A DNA stretch of 64,000 nucleotides from Octopus sinensis (Eukaryota). The position numbers and the translations under genes are program-made. The DNA lies in contig NC_043005.1 in assembly GCF_006345805.1 (NCBI RefSeq), forward strand, positions 86,800,001 through 86,864,000, written 5' to 3'. Positions 27,679-42,029 of the stretch are shown one piece after another; within the stretch, counting starts at the first letter, position 1; every line of letters starts with the position of its first letter. Under the pieces are notes generated by a model. That model worked only from the letters and a program-made list of their open reading frames with translations, made no database searches and was not told the DNA's origin.

Positions 27679-28038
27679 GCAAAATTTTAAGTGTGTTTAA
27701 TAACCATTGACACAATACGATGAGGTAAATTAACAAGAACCGAAAATATTAAATTATGTATAGAAAACGAAATAAAAGACGTTCAGAGAAACCAGCCATT
27801 CAGTTACTTAGATTCAGATGAAAGTGATAATATACAACACACCAAAATGAAGAAAATTACTGTAGAGTCACACGTATATTAAAATCCGAAATCAATAAGA
27901 TAATACGTATAAATAAAAACACCAGATCTGATATAAACTTTAACATAACGAAGTCGAAGTTAAATGAATAAGAGAGCTCAAGAAGAAAACAAACAGGCAT
28001 CTAATAACTGTGTTTCAAAACACGGTCTCAAATCTGAT

Positions 28039-28041
<3 letters not shown>
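27679..28041 (+). repeat. Dispersed direct repeat, copy 2 (copy 1 at 14189-14546)
   Basis: See copy 1. Confidence 0.92.
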
Positions 28042-28069
<28 letters not shown>

Positions 28070-28295
28070 ACAGAGTAAAACTTGCTTCGAAAAGAATGCG
28101 TAGCGTTCAATCATATAATAAAATAAATTATATATATGTATATATATATATATATATATAAAAGTTGAGTTGTGGGGTATCGCACGAGTGGGATTATATA
28201 AGAAAAAAGGTTTGAAAATGCAATTTAAACGATGTTTATTTACTTAACCGGTTTCACTCTTTGGTAAAAGATTGTCAAAAGTTACATTTAAGGAA

Positions 28296-28450
28296 ACATT
28301 GAATAATATGGGTTCAAAAAAAGTTTTTTACATAATTGTCACATTGAATATTATGCATTCAAAAAAGTTTTTACATAATTGTCACATTGGATATTATGAA
28401 TTCAAAAATGTTTTTTTATACATAATTGTCACATTACATGTATAAATATA
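28296..28450. repeat. About 44-bp tandem repeat, 3+ copies
   Basis: ACATTG.ATATTATG..TTCAAAAA.GTTTTT..ACATAATTGTC repeated. Confidence 0.85.
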
Positions 28451-28859
28451 GTGTTTGGTAACAGAGAAGTTCAATAGTGTGATGAGAATATTTGGGAAAA
28501 TTTGGCAGAAAAGGATAAAACAAATATATTATTGGGAATTGGTTGCGTTAATTATTGGTTGTCGCAAATTGTCACATTACATGTATATATATACAATCTT
28601 CGGTATATATATACAGCCTTTTGACAGCAAAAATTAAAATGGATTTTTTATACATCTCAGAATATTTTAAGTACAAGGCGAGAATATGTTTTTACTGAGC
28701 TGTTGGTAATAGCAGAAAGGCTGAACTGAGAGAACAGAGGAAGTAGCCAATGTGGTGTATACTTCCCCTTTATGCATGAATGATTTTGGGGTTATCAGGA
28801 GGTTAGTATGTGGGTGTGAATAGATGTGTCCGTGCCCGCTGGTCAGATAGCGTCTGTTT

Positions 28860-29087
28860 GTCACACACATATATATACACAACACACACACACACACACA
28901 CAACAACACACACACACACACACACATAGTAAACAAACACACACCACATACAAACAACACACACACACACACAGAACACACACACCCACACACAACGCAC
29001 CCACATATATCACATATACATACAGCACACAAATATAATATGTATCTATATATAACATACACAGATATATAACACACATACACACAC

Positions 29088-29124
<37 letters not shown>

Positions 29125-29923
29125 CAAACGCACACATACATACATAATATAAATATCACACAAATACACCTAGCATATATATACACACATACAATACACA
29201 CATACAGCATGTAAGTAATATACATACACAATATATGCATGCAATATACATACGCAGTACATACATATAATATATATATATAGACAATGCATATACATAT
29301 ATACACATATACATATAAATAGTGTTTACATACACATACATAGATGTACCACATATACACACAATACACATACATACAACGCATACACATACACGTACGC
29401 ATACATATAATATATATATACACACACACACACACATAACATACATACACAATGTATACATATATATACACGCAATGCACATACATGTATTCATGCATAT
29501 ATAGCACACCTACAATATACATATATACACTGCACACATACACACACATATATACACTTAATTGTACACATACATATACAATACACATACATACAATATA
29601 CATATACACAATGCGCATGCAAATAATGTACATGTTTATACACACATAAACAAGCAAATAAATATACATACACACACATACACACACACACACATATATA
29701 TACACACATATATATATATATACACACATACATACATACATACATGCACATACATATATTTTTTCACACACATACACATACATATATATATATATAAAAA
29801 ATTCACCCCCCCCCACACACAAATTACAACCTATAGCGCACACACTCAAATATATCTCTACATGCCGCACACACACACAAACAAAGTACTAACATATACA
29901 CACATACCATGCATATACACACA

Positions 29924-29980
<57 letters not shown>

Positions 29981-30147
29981 AAAACAAATACACATGTAAA
30001 TACATACATACGTACATAATGCTCACACACACACACATACACACACACCCGTACACAGTGCACACACACACACATATATACACACGTGCACACACACATA
30101 CACACAACGCGCGCGCACGCACACACATACACACACACGCACACAGT

Positions 30148-30180
<33 letters not shown>

Positions 30181-30300
30181 CACCCGCGCACACACACACA
30201 CAACGTGCACACACACACACACACACACCACACACACACACACACAACACTCACACACATACATCACCTACATATATATAATGCATGCGTGTGCATGCCA
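28860..30300. repeat. About 1.4-kb degenerate (CA)n/(TA)n tract
   Basis: Direct reading. Confidence 0.95.
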
Positions 30301-30432
30301 CGTATGTGTGCGGTCAATGCCCGCTAGTGTGTCCTATGCGTGCCGATGCGCGCATGTGCCCGCCCGCACGATATGCTGTGAGCGTGCGCGCGTCCCTGTG
30401 TGCTTGCTCTGGATGTGTTTCCAGGGGGTATG

Positions 30433-32705
30433 TTAGAGTATGTTTAGTTGTGGTCTGTATTTTTGAATAAGATTACTTTCCTTATTTATTCGTGTTTGGT
30501 CTGTGGTGTTGTCCGAGCATTGGTATAGTGGGAAGACTAAGAATTTGGGGGACTTATTGTGTGCACAAAGGTCTAAGTGTCCACTTAGTGTATCTGTCTT
30601 GTGGAGGGGTCCCTCAGTTGTTGTCGGTGAACTGTCATTCTGTCTCTGAGGGTAAGGCTCGTTTGCCCTATGTAATCTTCGTGGCATCCTTCACACCTTA
30701 TGACGTAGAGTAAATTTTTTGATGCGCACGTGAAATTATTTTTTATGATGAATGTGTGTCCCGAGTGGAACTTGTACGATGATCCCTCAATGAGGTGGAT
30801 GCAGGTCTTGCAGTTGGGGCGACCACATTTTTTGATGGTGGGCGGTGGGTTTGTGTTGTGTAATTTTGCGTTGGTGAGGAGGTTTTTTAGGGATTTAGGT
30901 TGTCTCTTACTTTTTATTATTTTATGAGCTGCCAGTATTTTTTTCAGGCGTGGGTCTTGATTTAGTTGTGGAATGTTGTTGTATATAATAGTGTAAGCTT
31001 CTGCATTCCTTGGGTTGTGTGTTGAGAGATAAGGGAGGCTATTGACTGTACTGTGGATGTGTTTGGGTTTTCGAAGGTCTTGAATGTTGATTGATTTGGC
31101 CCGTTCTATTCCGTTGTCTACTAGTGATGCCGGGTAATGTCTTTCGAGAAGAATTGCCCTTAGTTACCGGAGTCTTCTATTTCGTGTTGTGTCATTTGAG
31201 ACAATAGTGCAGATTCTTCTCGCTAGGTTGAAGGGGATATTTGTCTTTGTGTGTTTTGGGTGATTGGAGGTGAATAGAAGGTATTGTTTAGAGTCAGTGG
31301 GTTTGTAATGGATGTCAGTTTCAATGTTGACGCCTTTTTCAATGATTAGGATGTCAAGAAAAGGGAGTTGGTCCTGACTATATTCCATTGTGAATTGAAT
31401 GTTGTTATTTACACTGTTGATAAGGTTTTTGAAGTCTATAAGTTGGTCGAGTGTGTGGGACCGTAGGATGAGGCAATCATCTAAGTAGCGTTTCCAGTTC
31501 TCCAACAGGTATTTGTGGAAAGACTGGCCGTACTTATATTTGGATTTTTCATAGATATGTGATTCCAGGTAGGCCATCACCAGGTTTGCATAGGTAGGTG
31601 CAACTTTCGTACCCATTGCAGTACCTGAGACCTGTCTGTAAGTGTTGTTGTGGAAATACATGAAGTTGTTTTGCAGAATAAATTTGAGGCCCTCAATTAT
31701 GAATTCTTTTTTAATTCTTTCCGGGATCTCATTGGGATATTTATCCAGCCAGAATTTAATGGCTTCCATCCAAATTCATGTGGGATTGTGGTGTAAAGAT
31801 TAATAACATCAAAAGAAACGATTAAGGTGTCTTTATCGGCATGTTTGGGGAGATGGTTTAATAGGTCCAGGTCATCTCTTACAATACTTGGAATGTGTTT
31901 CAGTATTGGCTTTAAGATGATATCTATAAAGTTGCTAAGTCTGTGTGTTTCACAACTTGGGCCTGCCACTATTGGTCTCAGTTTGAGATCAGTGGGATGT
32001 GGTATAGTGATGCAGGTTGAAGTGGACTTTTTGCAAGCTTCTGTGATAATTTGACTCTTGTGTATTTTTGGAAGCCCATAGAGTGTGCTGGTTTTGCAAT
32101 TAAATTTAGTAATGTAGTCGCATTCCTTTGCTGTCAAGTCATTCCGGTGTTGGTAAATGAGTGCCTTCAGATTGGTCATTGTTTTGGATTGCTGGTAGTC
32201 GACTACTCTTTCGTAGTATGTGGTATCCTCTAAAAGGAGAGATACAGAGTTTTTATATTGCTCAGTATTCATAACAACGACCGTACTACCCTTATCAGCT
32301 TCCTTTATTGTGACGTCATGATTGTCTCGTAGCGTATGGATGATTTCCCATTCTCTTTTACTGGTGTTGGGTTTGAGTTTAGGTTGTGGGAGTTCACCAT
32401 AAGGGAAGTTGGAGATGTAATCGCAAAATTTGTCTAAGGTTTTGTTTTTGCCTTTTATGGGATTATAGTTGCTTTTGTTACAGACCATTGATTCGTCGAT
32501 ATTATTAGTTTTCCTGTCAAAAAATTCCTCTGTGAGGCGTAATTTTCTGCAAAAGTGCGAGATGTCATCCTGTATTTCCCTCAGGTTAGGGTATTGCGGA
32601 GTTGGGGTGAATTTTAGTCCTCTTGAAAGGATTTTTATTTGTGGTGTCGACAGGTTTAGGTTAGAGATTCACTATTTTTGGTTTTTCGGGGTTGGTATCT
32701 ACCAT
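30433..32705 (-). pseudogene. Penelope-type reverse transcriptase plus GIY-YIG endonuclease, frameshifted
   Basis: N-terminal IVNL/NLNLSTPQIKILSRGLKFTPTP, then TIKEADKGSTVVVM, LYGLPKIHK, LRPIVAG, SFDVINLYTTIPH, GTAMGTKVAPTYANL, WKRYLDD, LPFLDILI, IHYKPTD. Linker CGRPNCKTC. Endonuclease FTCASKNLLYVIRCEGCHEDYIGQT..RMTVHRQQ. Broken into at least four frames. Confidence 0.95.
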
Positions 32706-33074
32706 CTGGTGTCGTGGAAACTGATGCCCTGCCTAAAAAAGGAATCCTGGGGGTTCTTCTATTTGCAGTATTTTGCTGTATGTGATTCTGTCCCCCGTTG
32801 ACATGTCTGTTGAAGAGGTTTTGGTTGTTGTGATTCTGTCCCCCGTTGCTATGTTGTCTGTTGAGGAGGTTTTGGTTGTTCCAGGGTCTGGGTTGTTGGT
32901 GTGGCCTCCTGGAAGAGTTTTGGTTATTCCAGGGTTTGGGTTGTTTGTCCTGGGTGTAATGTTGGTTCCTTAGAGTGGGTTGGAAACTATATTCATGGTT
33001 TAGAAGTGAATCCCTATATGTTGGGGGAGAACTCTGAGTTAGGAGCGGTTTGGGTTGGAATCTACAATCATAGT

Positions 33075-33590
33075 TCAGAGATGGGTTTCTAAGTGATGGG
33101 TAGGATCTCCGAATCTGGAACGGTTCTTGTGTGGGTTGGGGTCTACGTTGTCTGGTAAGTTTTGTCGTGTGATGATGGGTGTCTCGGTTCTTTTGATGGG
33201 ATTGTAGTGCTGTCTGTAAGTTCTGTTGTTGTTGTTGTCGATGTTAGGGGTGGTGTGTGTTCGGTGTTTTGTGGTTGGTTTTCTTTGTTTTTGGCGAGGG
33301 GTGTGAGTTGAAGTAGATATTTTAAAATATGGGTTGCTTGAAAGGTGTTCCTTTGTGAACTCTGTTTCATAATTGGTGAACCAGCTGTTTTTTTCCATTC
33401 GCTGGAGGGATGTTATTTCTTCATCCTCGCAGTTTTTTCTCCAGTGTTTGGTGGTTTCATCAAGGAGTGCTCCTTCACAGTGTTTTGAGATTTCAATCTG
33501 CATTTCATTGTCAAGGGTCTTGGATTTTTCTTCACTGGCGTTGGCTCTGAGCCGCAAGAGTTCTACTTCCGTTTTGAATTTTTCATATCT
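33075..33590 (-). CDS. Upstream ORF region of the Penelope-like element (5'-truncated, function unknown)
   Basis: Complex charged, helical-looking sequence [30 protein letters not shown]..., on the same strand and directly upstream of the RT ORF. The first 25 aa of the listed ORF are microsatellite. Confidence 0.55.
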   Translation of the reverse strand, partial: RYEKFKTEVELLRLRANASEEKSKTLDNEMQIEISKHCEGALLDETTKHWRKNCEDEEITSLQRMEKNSWFTNYETEFTKEHLSSNPYFKISTSTHTPRQKQRKPTTKHRTHTTPNIDNNNNRTYRQHYNPIKRTETPIITRQNLPDNVDPNPHKNRSRFGDPTHHLETHL

Positions 33591-33676
33591 ATATATATAT
33601 AGATATGTATATAGATATATATATAGATAGATAGATAGATATATACATACGTATATGTACATATTTACATCTATAA

Positions 33677-33719
<43 letters not shown>

Positions 33720-33723
<4 letters not shown>

Positions 33724-34300
33724 AATTTGGGTACAGGACGTCACAAAACATGTGCAACAGAAATTACGAAGTACGTATACATGGGATTTGAACTATTTTT
33801 CGAACAACGAAAGACACAAATAGAAAGCAAGACAAACAACATAAAAAAACGACCCTTCATCAGTTATTAGCTGTTTTACTACTCTCGTATTTCGAGCATT
33901 TAACAACAATATACGCTTTCGATAAAACAGTTGCTCCCGTAAAGCAAATTAAATCAAATTTGGGATTTTGCGAAGGATCAAAATTGGTAACACAAACAAA
34001 CAGGAAGGGTTGTTAAGCCAAATCGAGGTTGTGATGGTGAACGCGTAAATCAAGCTTAGATAGGAGACAGACAAGAAGACGCCTTCCTTCTTCCAGCTAC
34101 AACGGAGAGAAAGAAAGTAACACAATTTTGGAGAAAAATAAAGACGGCTAATGATCACGTGGGAACCACATGAGGAAGGGAGGAGGAGTGAGGGAGAGAT
34201 AGTGACAGAGTAATAAGATAGAATATATGGAGAAGGGGAGGTAAAATATTAAGAGAGAGAAAGAGAAAAGCAAAAGATTAAAAATATCGTATAGAGTGCA
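33720..34300 (-). mobile_element. Probable Penelope-type terminal fragment
   Basis: Begins at (TA)n. Purine-rich tract as in the 48385 and 53020 elements, and a decayed GAAAGC...GCTCGAAAT motif on the minus strand. Confidence 0.4.
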
Positions 34301-34396
34301 CATCGGAATTATTAAGATAAAATTTACTTTGAGATGTACGTACATATACGTATGTATATATGCATATACACATACATACATACATACATACATACA

Positions 34397-34432
<36 letters not shown>

Positions 34433-34599
34433 TATATTATTTATATTATTATATAAAGTGTGAGTGGAACGTAACAAAGCATTAGAAACTGCTTATAGAA
34501 TTTTCAGTATCACTGAAGTCATGAAACTAACATTTTTTAATCAGTCAACTCTAATAGGGATTTCTTATTATTTATTTTTTTTGTCTTATTTCGCATTTC

Positions 34600-35150
34600 T
34601 TTTTTTGCCGATGGCCGGTCACTTGACTATTCAGGAGTGAGCTAAGATAACAGCACGCTATGAAGTGTGGAATTCCATTGTTTTGTTTCAGAGATGGTGG
34701 CGTGCAACACTAGGTCCGTAGACAATAAAGGTTGTCATGCAAAGCTGATGACCATGGTTTCTGTGAACGATGCAAGAAGTGACCTTCCAACTATATACCG
34801 AGGTGGCAACAGTGCATGAAATGTTTAATCACAGCCCACAAAAATTAACACTTCAAGCAGCTCGTGAAAGTCGACTAACGAGACACATAACACGTGCGGT
34901 GTTGCTTAAAGAATTGAATTTTGGGCCGTGGAAATCCCACTAGGTGGAGGAGCCAACACCTGAGGACTGTGACCGGAGATATCCAGAAGTCCAGCAGTCA
35001 AAGAATCCCAGGTATCATTCCATGTGATTTTAACCTTTGGGGTTACACACACAAAGAGGGTTGCTTTGACTCGAGAGGCACAAGTAGGTCGAAGCAACAA
35101 GGTATCTCAAAGTCCTCTTACACCGGTAAATAAAGCGTGCTAAGAACACA
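34600..35150 (+). mobile_element. Decayed Tc1/mariner-superfamily transposase relic
   Basis: IPCDFNLWGY resembles the (SPDL)TPCDFFLWGY motif. Confidence 0.5.
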
Positions 35151-35297
35151 CAGTCAGGAGGTGTTCTCTTAAAACAAAAGTGCGCTCTGTTATTTACGTT
35201 TGAATTAGCCAAAACGCACTAACTTACATAAGCCATTTTCTACTTGTGTTTAGGTATGTTTCATTGTATGAATATGTCTGCCTGAAAGAAGCCCCAA

Positions 35298-35882
<585 letters not shown>

Positions 35883-36641
35883 CGTTTATACATACGACGT
35901 CCTTCTTTCAGTTTCAGCCTACCAAATCCACGCCTATGTGTGTACATGAATAACATTGGCCGTGGTATGTCATCGAAAATTTTAAAAAGGAAAATGTATT
36001 TTAAAAACATAAAAATGTATTTTCTCCCTTTCGAACTTCGTTCGTACGCAAATTCCCTTTGCATCGGTTGTCATTCTCGCCTTTCAAAATTTAAACGGAA
36101 AGAAAACGAACATTTGACAACCACTGATGCCGTCGCTCATCAATTTCGATATAAAAATATAAGAATAAAGCTTTGTTCTAATATTCTTATGTTGCGCTTG
36201 TTAAGTGTTATGGGATTCATTAAACACCTTACGATGCTTCTATTACTATTGATGTTAATATATAATATTGTTTTTGCTTGAAAGGAATAGCTGTATCGCT
36301 TAATGATTATGATATATAACTCTATCGATGCAATTATTAGGTTCAGAGAGAATACTGTCGACGGCAATGGCGGTGTTTCTTTCCGTCATTTTAATGTCCG
36401 ATCTGTTAGGATTTATGGGCCGGCGAGTGGATGATATTATCTTACTATTGATGTTAATATATAATACGTTTTTTTACTTGAAAGCAAGCATTCTATTGTG
36501 TAAGCTTTATCATTTATAACTAAACCTAATTTAACATCAGTTTCATTGCAGTATACGTTTAATTCCTCTATCCTCATTAAAAGCCTACCATCTCTTTTAG
36601 TTAATTAACCGATTACTAATACGTTTGTCTTGTACGTCAGC

Positions 36642-36682
<41 letters not shown>

Positions 36683-37719
36683 TGATATACGACTGGTGAT
36701 ATACTTTCTGTAACAATACAGGAATACAGGTTGGGGTGCTATGCGAAGCTAGATGTGATTACTGTTTATACAATATCAATATTTTTCTATCACTCTGATA
36801 TATGTGAACGCATATTTTATGATATAAATCTTGGTGGAGTAAGTATAATGCGAATGTTTCTCGCTGTCGTCGTGTATTCCGAGGTGAACATGAATCAAAC
36901 ATATTTATGATCACAAGCACTCAACGTATTAGTCACCTGCATTTGAAAGAAAAAAAATTAGTGTCCGAAGAAATATTGCATCGAAAGCTTTTGCTTTCGT
37001 CCTACTCAACGTTTGCTGATTTTGTTTTCCTTTGCAGAATGTATGCAACTATGGGAGTAACCATTATTTAAGTTCCTAGAATTAAAACGGTAATACTATT
37101 TCCTCTTAAGAACCTTGTATGCACACACTTTTGCCATTGCTCGTTGTACAACATATGTACGGGGACACAAACTTATAAGCAGCATCAAATGTTGGGTGAA
37201 ATTGTCATCTAGCTCTAAGGCGTCTACTTGATTTATAGATTTTCTTTCGAGGATATAAACTAAACAACACTGATTGTGTAAATGGAGTGAACAAACACAA
37301 GCACAAAACACGCACACTCATACATAGACTCTCACACACACACAGACACACACACACACACACGATTTCTTTGTGTATGAACAAGGCAGCCAATGATTTT
37401 GTGGGGGAAAAAAACTCTTCACAACATTTACGCAATCTACTTCAGAATGTTGCTAATCGTCTCCATTTTTGATTACTAGCATTCTCAAATGGATCGCTAT
37501 AAAATTGTGGAAATTTTGCATATATGAAACTATTGGTTGCCCTGAAAATCCATAAACAAAAATATTTAATATTTTTTCCACTAATGGCGGTTTTGACTTA
37601 CTGGAATTGTTCATGTTTCTAATGGTCAGTGTAAATAAATAAGAAAAAAATACTCGCATTTTCCAACGATTCATCTTCTCTGTCCACGGTTCTTGGAAGA
37701 GTCGTGGATCTAGAATCCT

Positions 37720-38100
37720 TAGGAACCTCCATAGTCGTCCTATCAAAAGCAGTTGATTGTTCAGTTTCTGACTGGATTTCTAAGCATGACCAACTGAGAA
37801 TTTGACTATTGTCCAATCGTCGTGTCTCCGTCTACTCCCAGGTCAGTTGACAGTTGGCTCGGCCTAAAGAATTCCATTTGCGTTTCCTTGCAACATACTA
37901 AACACATGACCGTAATACTGAAGCTGTGACCGTTGAATATGAAGAATTACTGACACAAATTCGAGAGAATCCTTTATCTCCAAACTACGCTTTTCGGCGA
38001 GTAAATTTACTCCAGAGAACCTCCCTTCGAACACCATTTTAGCCTCTTGTATTCGCACAACATTCCTCAGAATATATCATACCCGTATGACACACATACT
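37720..38100 (-). mobile_element. RTE-clade LINE 3' relic
   Basis: RIQEAKMVF..SGVNLLAEKRSLEIKDSL..ILHIQRSQLQYYGHVFSM matches the RTE RIERSQLRWFGHV.RM region. Confidence 0.8.
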
Positions 38101-38104
38101 GTAG

Positions 38105-38425
38105 AGGTGTACGGTTTTGTAGTGAGCTGCTTTAGGCTCATGATCGTAACGTTGTGCGTTCGATTCCAAGTGGCGTGTGTTATCCTTGAGTAGGACAATT
38201 TATTTCACGCTGCTCTAGTCGACACAGCTGGCAAAAATGTGTGTTATCTTTAGTACAAAGGGCCAGCTTGTCGCATTCTGTGTCACACAGAATCTCCTTG
38301 TAGACTACGTTAAAGGCACGCGTGTCTGTGGAATGCTCAGCCGCTTCCACGTTATGTTCATGTGCAGAATCATCCGTTGATCGGACCAGCTGGTACAATC
38401 GTCAGCGTTCGACAAAGTGCCATAA
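38105..38425 (+). mobile_element. Diverged SINE of the 18738 family
   Basis: GGCTCATGATCGTAA.GTTGTG.GTTCGATTCC..TCCTTGAG..CAGCTGGCAAAAATG..CGTGTCTGTGGAATGCTCAGCC. Confidence 0.82.
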
Positions 38426-38986
38426 AGAAACTATTAATTGGTAAATCGAATATTGTTTAATTTGACCATGAAATGCGAATGTGGATAAAATTACCATGGT
38501 ATAATTATTCGGAGGTAATGTTAAATTAGACATCTATATGATATCATAAACATGAAATTCTAAGTTAAATCACTGTTATCGGAGGTATGTTATAGAGATT
38601 CCTTAATCGCTTGTTTAAAATAGACAAAAGTGTGGGGTACGCAAAATTATTAATTCAATCTCTAATGATTCGTTATAATATATTTACAAAAAATATCCAT
38701 GTAATTAATAAGATTATTCTAATGTTATATTATTGCCTGCAGTGATGATTTATCGGTTTTATTAACAGCTGTAGTAATAATGGCATTAATAATTGGATGA
38801 AAAGTAGTTATCGTCTTGTTGAGTATTGCAATAAATTGTATTTAAGTTAATTTTAATAAAATTGTAAACGTCAAAAAAGGAGAAAAATATGGTATGAAAA
38901 GGATGAAAGATAACGTATGTTGCGTGTTGCGTGAGGCGTGAGGTAACAAATTTCTATATTTTCTAACGATAAAAAACGGCCAGTAA

Positions 38987-39030
<44 letters not shown>

Positions 39031-39242
39031 TCATATATTTATTTATTTATCCACCAGTCTGTCTGTCTGTCTGTCCGTCTATCTATCTATCTAGCCATCT
39101 GTCTATCTATCCACCTGTCTCTATATCTATTTCTCTATCTATAAACACATACACATACACACGTATACAAATACATATTCATAGATAGGTTGATAGCTAG
39201 ATAGATAGACAGTCAGGCAGGCAGACAGACAGACAGATAGAC

Positions 39243-39299
<57 letters not shown>

Positions 39300-39359
39300 T
39301 ACATAAGTAAGAATATATATATATATATCCATACATATATGCGTGCATGTATTTAATTA

Positions 39360-39402
<43 letters not shown>

Positions 39403-40064
39403 GTATATATGCATGTATGTATATATGCATGTATGCAGTGTGCATGTGAGAGTGTGTGTGTGTGTGCATACTCGAGGGAGAGCGGTAGAGGGAAAAATGA
39501 AAGATGCATAACAGAAGCATTACTGAGATATCTACATACATCGATACCTCTTAAAAAACGTGATGAGAAAGAAGAAAACAAACAAGAGAACGGCAGAGTA
39601 CCGTTTGCTTTTGGTAGATTTGTACGTGTGTTGTGCAGACATTTCTAAGTGAAACGTGCCGATTTCCAATGGAGCAGATCAATAAGTTACATCATTGATA
39701 GAGAGCCGAATTATTCACTTTGTTCCGAAAGTGTTTTTCCCTGAGATCAATCAATGTTTGCATCGACTGTGTACAGCTTTATTATCTAAAACTATACATT
39801 GATGGCTGCATGTGGCTGCTAAATGTATTTCATAAGATGCACGCCGAAGGTCGATATGCCTCTTTCAATAAGCAATGCTTTTCGCATTTAGAATTTTTTT
39901 TCTGTTACATATCATCTCTCTTACAATGTCATTCGTCTCTCTTTCTATTTATTTGTCTGTCTGTCTCTATCTCTCTCACATACTATCTCTATTTCTCTCT
40001 CAGTACACACATACATGCATATTCATACCCACCCACACATACATATGCACACACACACACACAT

Positions 40065-40128
<64 letters not shown>

Positions 40129-40345
40129 ATATATATATATATATCTACATGTAAGTATACATATATATTTATGCATCTGCGTAAGATAATTAGATACATA
40201 TATGTGCGTTTGTATATACATACGTATGTGTATATGTGTATATATATATATGTGTGTATGTATGCGTGTGTGTGTGTGTATATATATAGATACATGCACA
40301 CATAAATATATACGTATGTATACACACAATTAAACGCATACATGC

Positions 40346-40384
<39 letters not shown>

Positions 40385-41279
40385 CGTACATACATACTTC
40401 TATGTATGTGTGTGAATACAAACACACAAAAACACAGACACACACACATGCACATACAGACGCAAATATATGTATATAAAATCATGCCTGCAGTCATTCC
40501 TCGCACAGTGATACACAGATACACACATTTATTTTATAACCACTGACATATATATATATATATTCACTAAAATATTTCGCATCACTTTCATTTACATATA
40601 TATATATACGCTCTATAAACTACACAGACACACATATACACACACGTACGCGCATACAATCAGAAACCCGCTCCTTTATCTCATCGTACGTCTATAACCA
40701 TTCATCTTCGTTATTACCCTCTTTTATTCTTCTCTAAATACGCAAACTCACAAATGCTAAATAAACACTGACTTACTGCCAGCCTTCTGTTACGTTGATG
40801 CCCGTCTTGATTTATGGCTTTTAGGGGAACATTCTTAATGTACAGCTTCAGTTAAACACGAGAATATGAAATTATAAGGTCGAAGGTACTCGATTTAGCT
40901 CAACGTGTATTTATATATTCTAACTTCCCTTCGTAGTCCGTTGTTAATTCTGCATATCTTCAAATAATGAAAACGTCAACGTGTGAGCAGACAGTGAGGT
41001 ATTCCATTTGGAAAGGTTTTACGTAACTTTTCCTTGAAATGGTTTTCGTCTACTCAGAGGAATGTGGCCAACGCCTGGCTAGTTTTCCAGTTAGGTTTTA
41101 ATTCTTTTGCTTCCATATTTTTCTTGAAATAACCGGCACTCCGTCTGTTACGACGACATGTGTTCCAGTTTTTCTTATCAACGGAACGGCCTGCTTTTGA
41201 AATTAACGAGAAACAGGTTGAACATTCCACAGACGCACGTACCCTTCACAGAGTTTTCAGGGAGATTTAGCAAGTGCAC

Positions 41280-41510
41280 CATCGGATGGATTCTTATCCA
41301 TAGATAATTTCCTGCACTCAGAATGTTCGAAGGAATTCTTCACCTCCGAAGACAAGAACTGGTATCAGAATAGAACCAAAGAATTAGTAGAGAGGTGGCC
41401 TCAGACAGTACAGCACAATGGTCTCTACTGTCAATACTACGAATTTAGTGGAAGAATAAAGTCAATAAGTTAACAAATTATTGCAAAACCTTTGACTCAA
41501 CACACTATTA
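41280..41510 (+). mobile_element. mariner transposase C-terminal relic with possible right TIR remnant
   Basis: EFFTSEDKNWYQNRTKELVERWPQTVQHNGLY matches the mariner C-terminus. Confidence 0.75.
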
Positions 41511-41824
41511 TAATTTTTAAATAATTCTGGGTCTCTTGATCCGAGGAGGTTTTCTCTGTGTGTGTAATACCACCAGGTAACGGAAACAGTTTTATAGAAA
41601 ACCCGGATTTCGCAGTCCTCCACAGATTATTTTGTCTCTCAGCAGCAGTGAATGCAAAAACTAATATACGTGCTACATCTCACCATATTCACTTCCCTAT
41701 CGGCTAAGTATGATGAGCGTAAAGTTGTTTAATCGGATTGTTACCTAACATTCCATTGAATTCTTTACGCAATACTGATTGGTAAGATTAGCCGTGATGG
41801 ATATTTAATACTATACATTTCGGA

Positions 41825-41883
<59 letters not shown>

Positions 41884-42029
41884 TATGTGTGTGTATATAT
41901 GGATGTATGTGTGTGCACGTGTCTGCATGTATATGGATGTATATATAGTTATGTCATAAACAGAAGTAGAAAGCATTTTCCTTTTTCTTTCCTGTCTCAG
42001 TTTGCAAAACATCTAAGACCTTAAAGTAG

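Larger units (their letters stand above)
28165..33590 (-). mobile_element. Near-complete Penelope-like retroelement (Neptune-like); extent of 3' UTR inferred
   Basis: RT and GIY-YIG coding region at 30433-32705, upstream ORF region to about 33590, decayed minus-strand hammerhead near 28240-28285, and (TA)n at both ends. The boundary below 30433 is an inference. Confidence 0.75.

Noticed and set aside
28296-28450. CRISPR-like regular repeats, also at 15939-16078 and 27290-27345
   Set aside because: Head-to-tail tandem repeats without unique spacers, no cas genes, and a eukaryotic context.
28667-30436. Long Cys/Val/Tyr- and His/Thr-rich ORFs, also at 17-21 kb, 35.5 kb, 40 kb, 52 kb and 60-62 kb
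   Set aside because: Dinucleotide repeats lack stop codons, so these ORFs are artefacts.
32733-32741. HIV-like -1 frameshift heptamer T TTT TTA between ORF1 and RT
   Set aside because: The -1 frame meets TAG TGA before the conserved region, while the +1 frame has its own ATG. A splice acceptor fits better, though indels in this copy leave some doubt.
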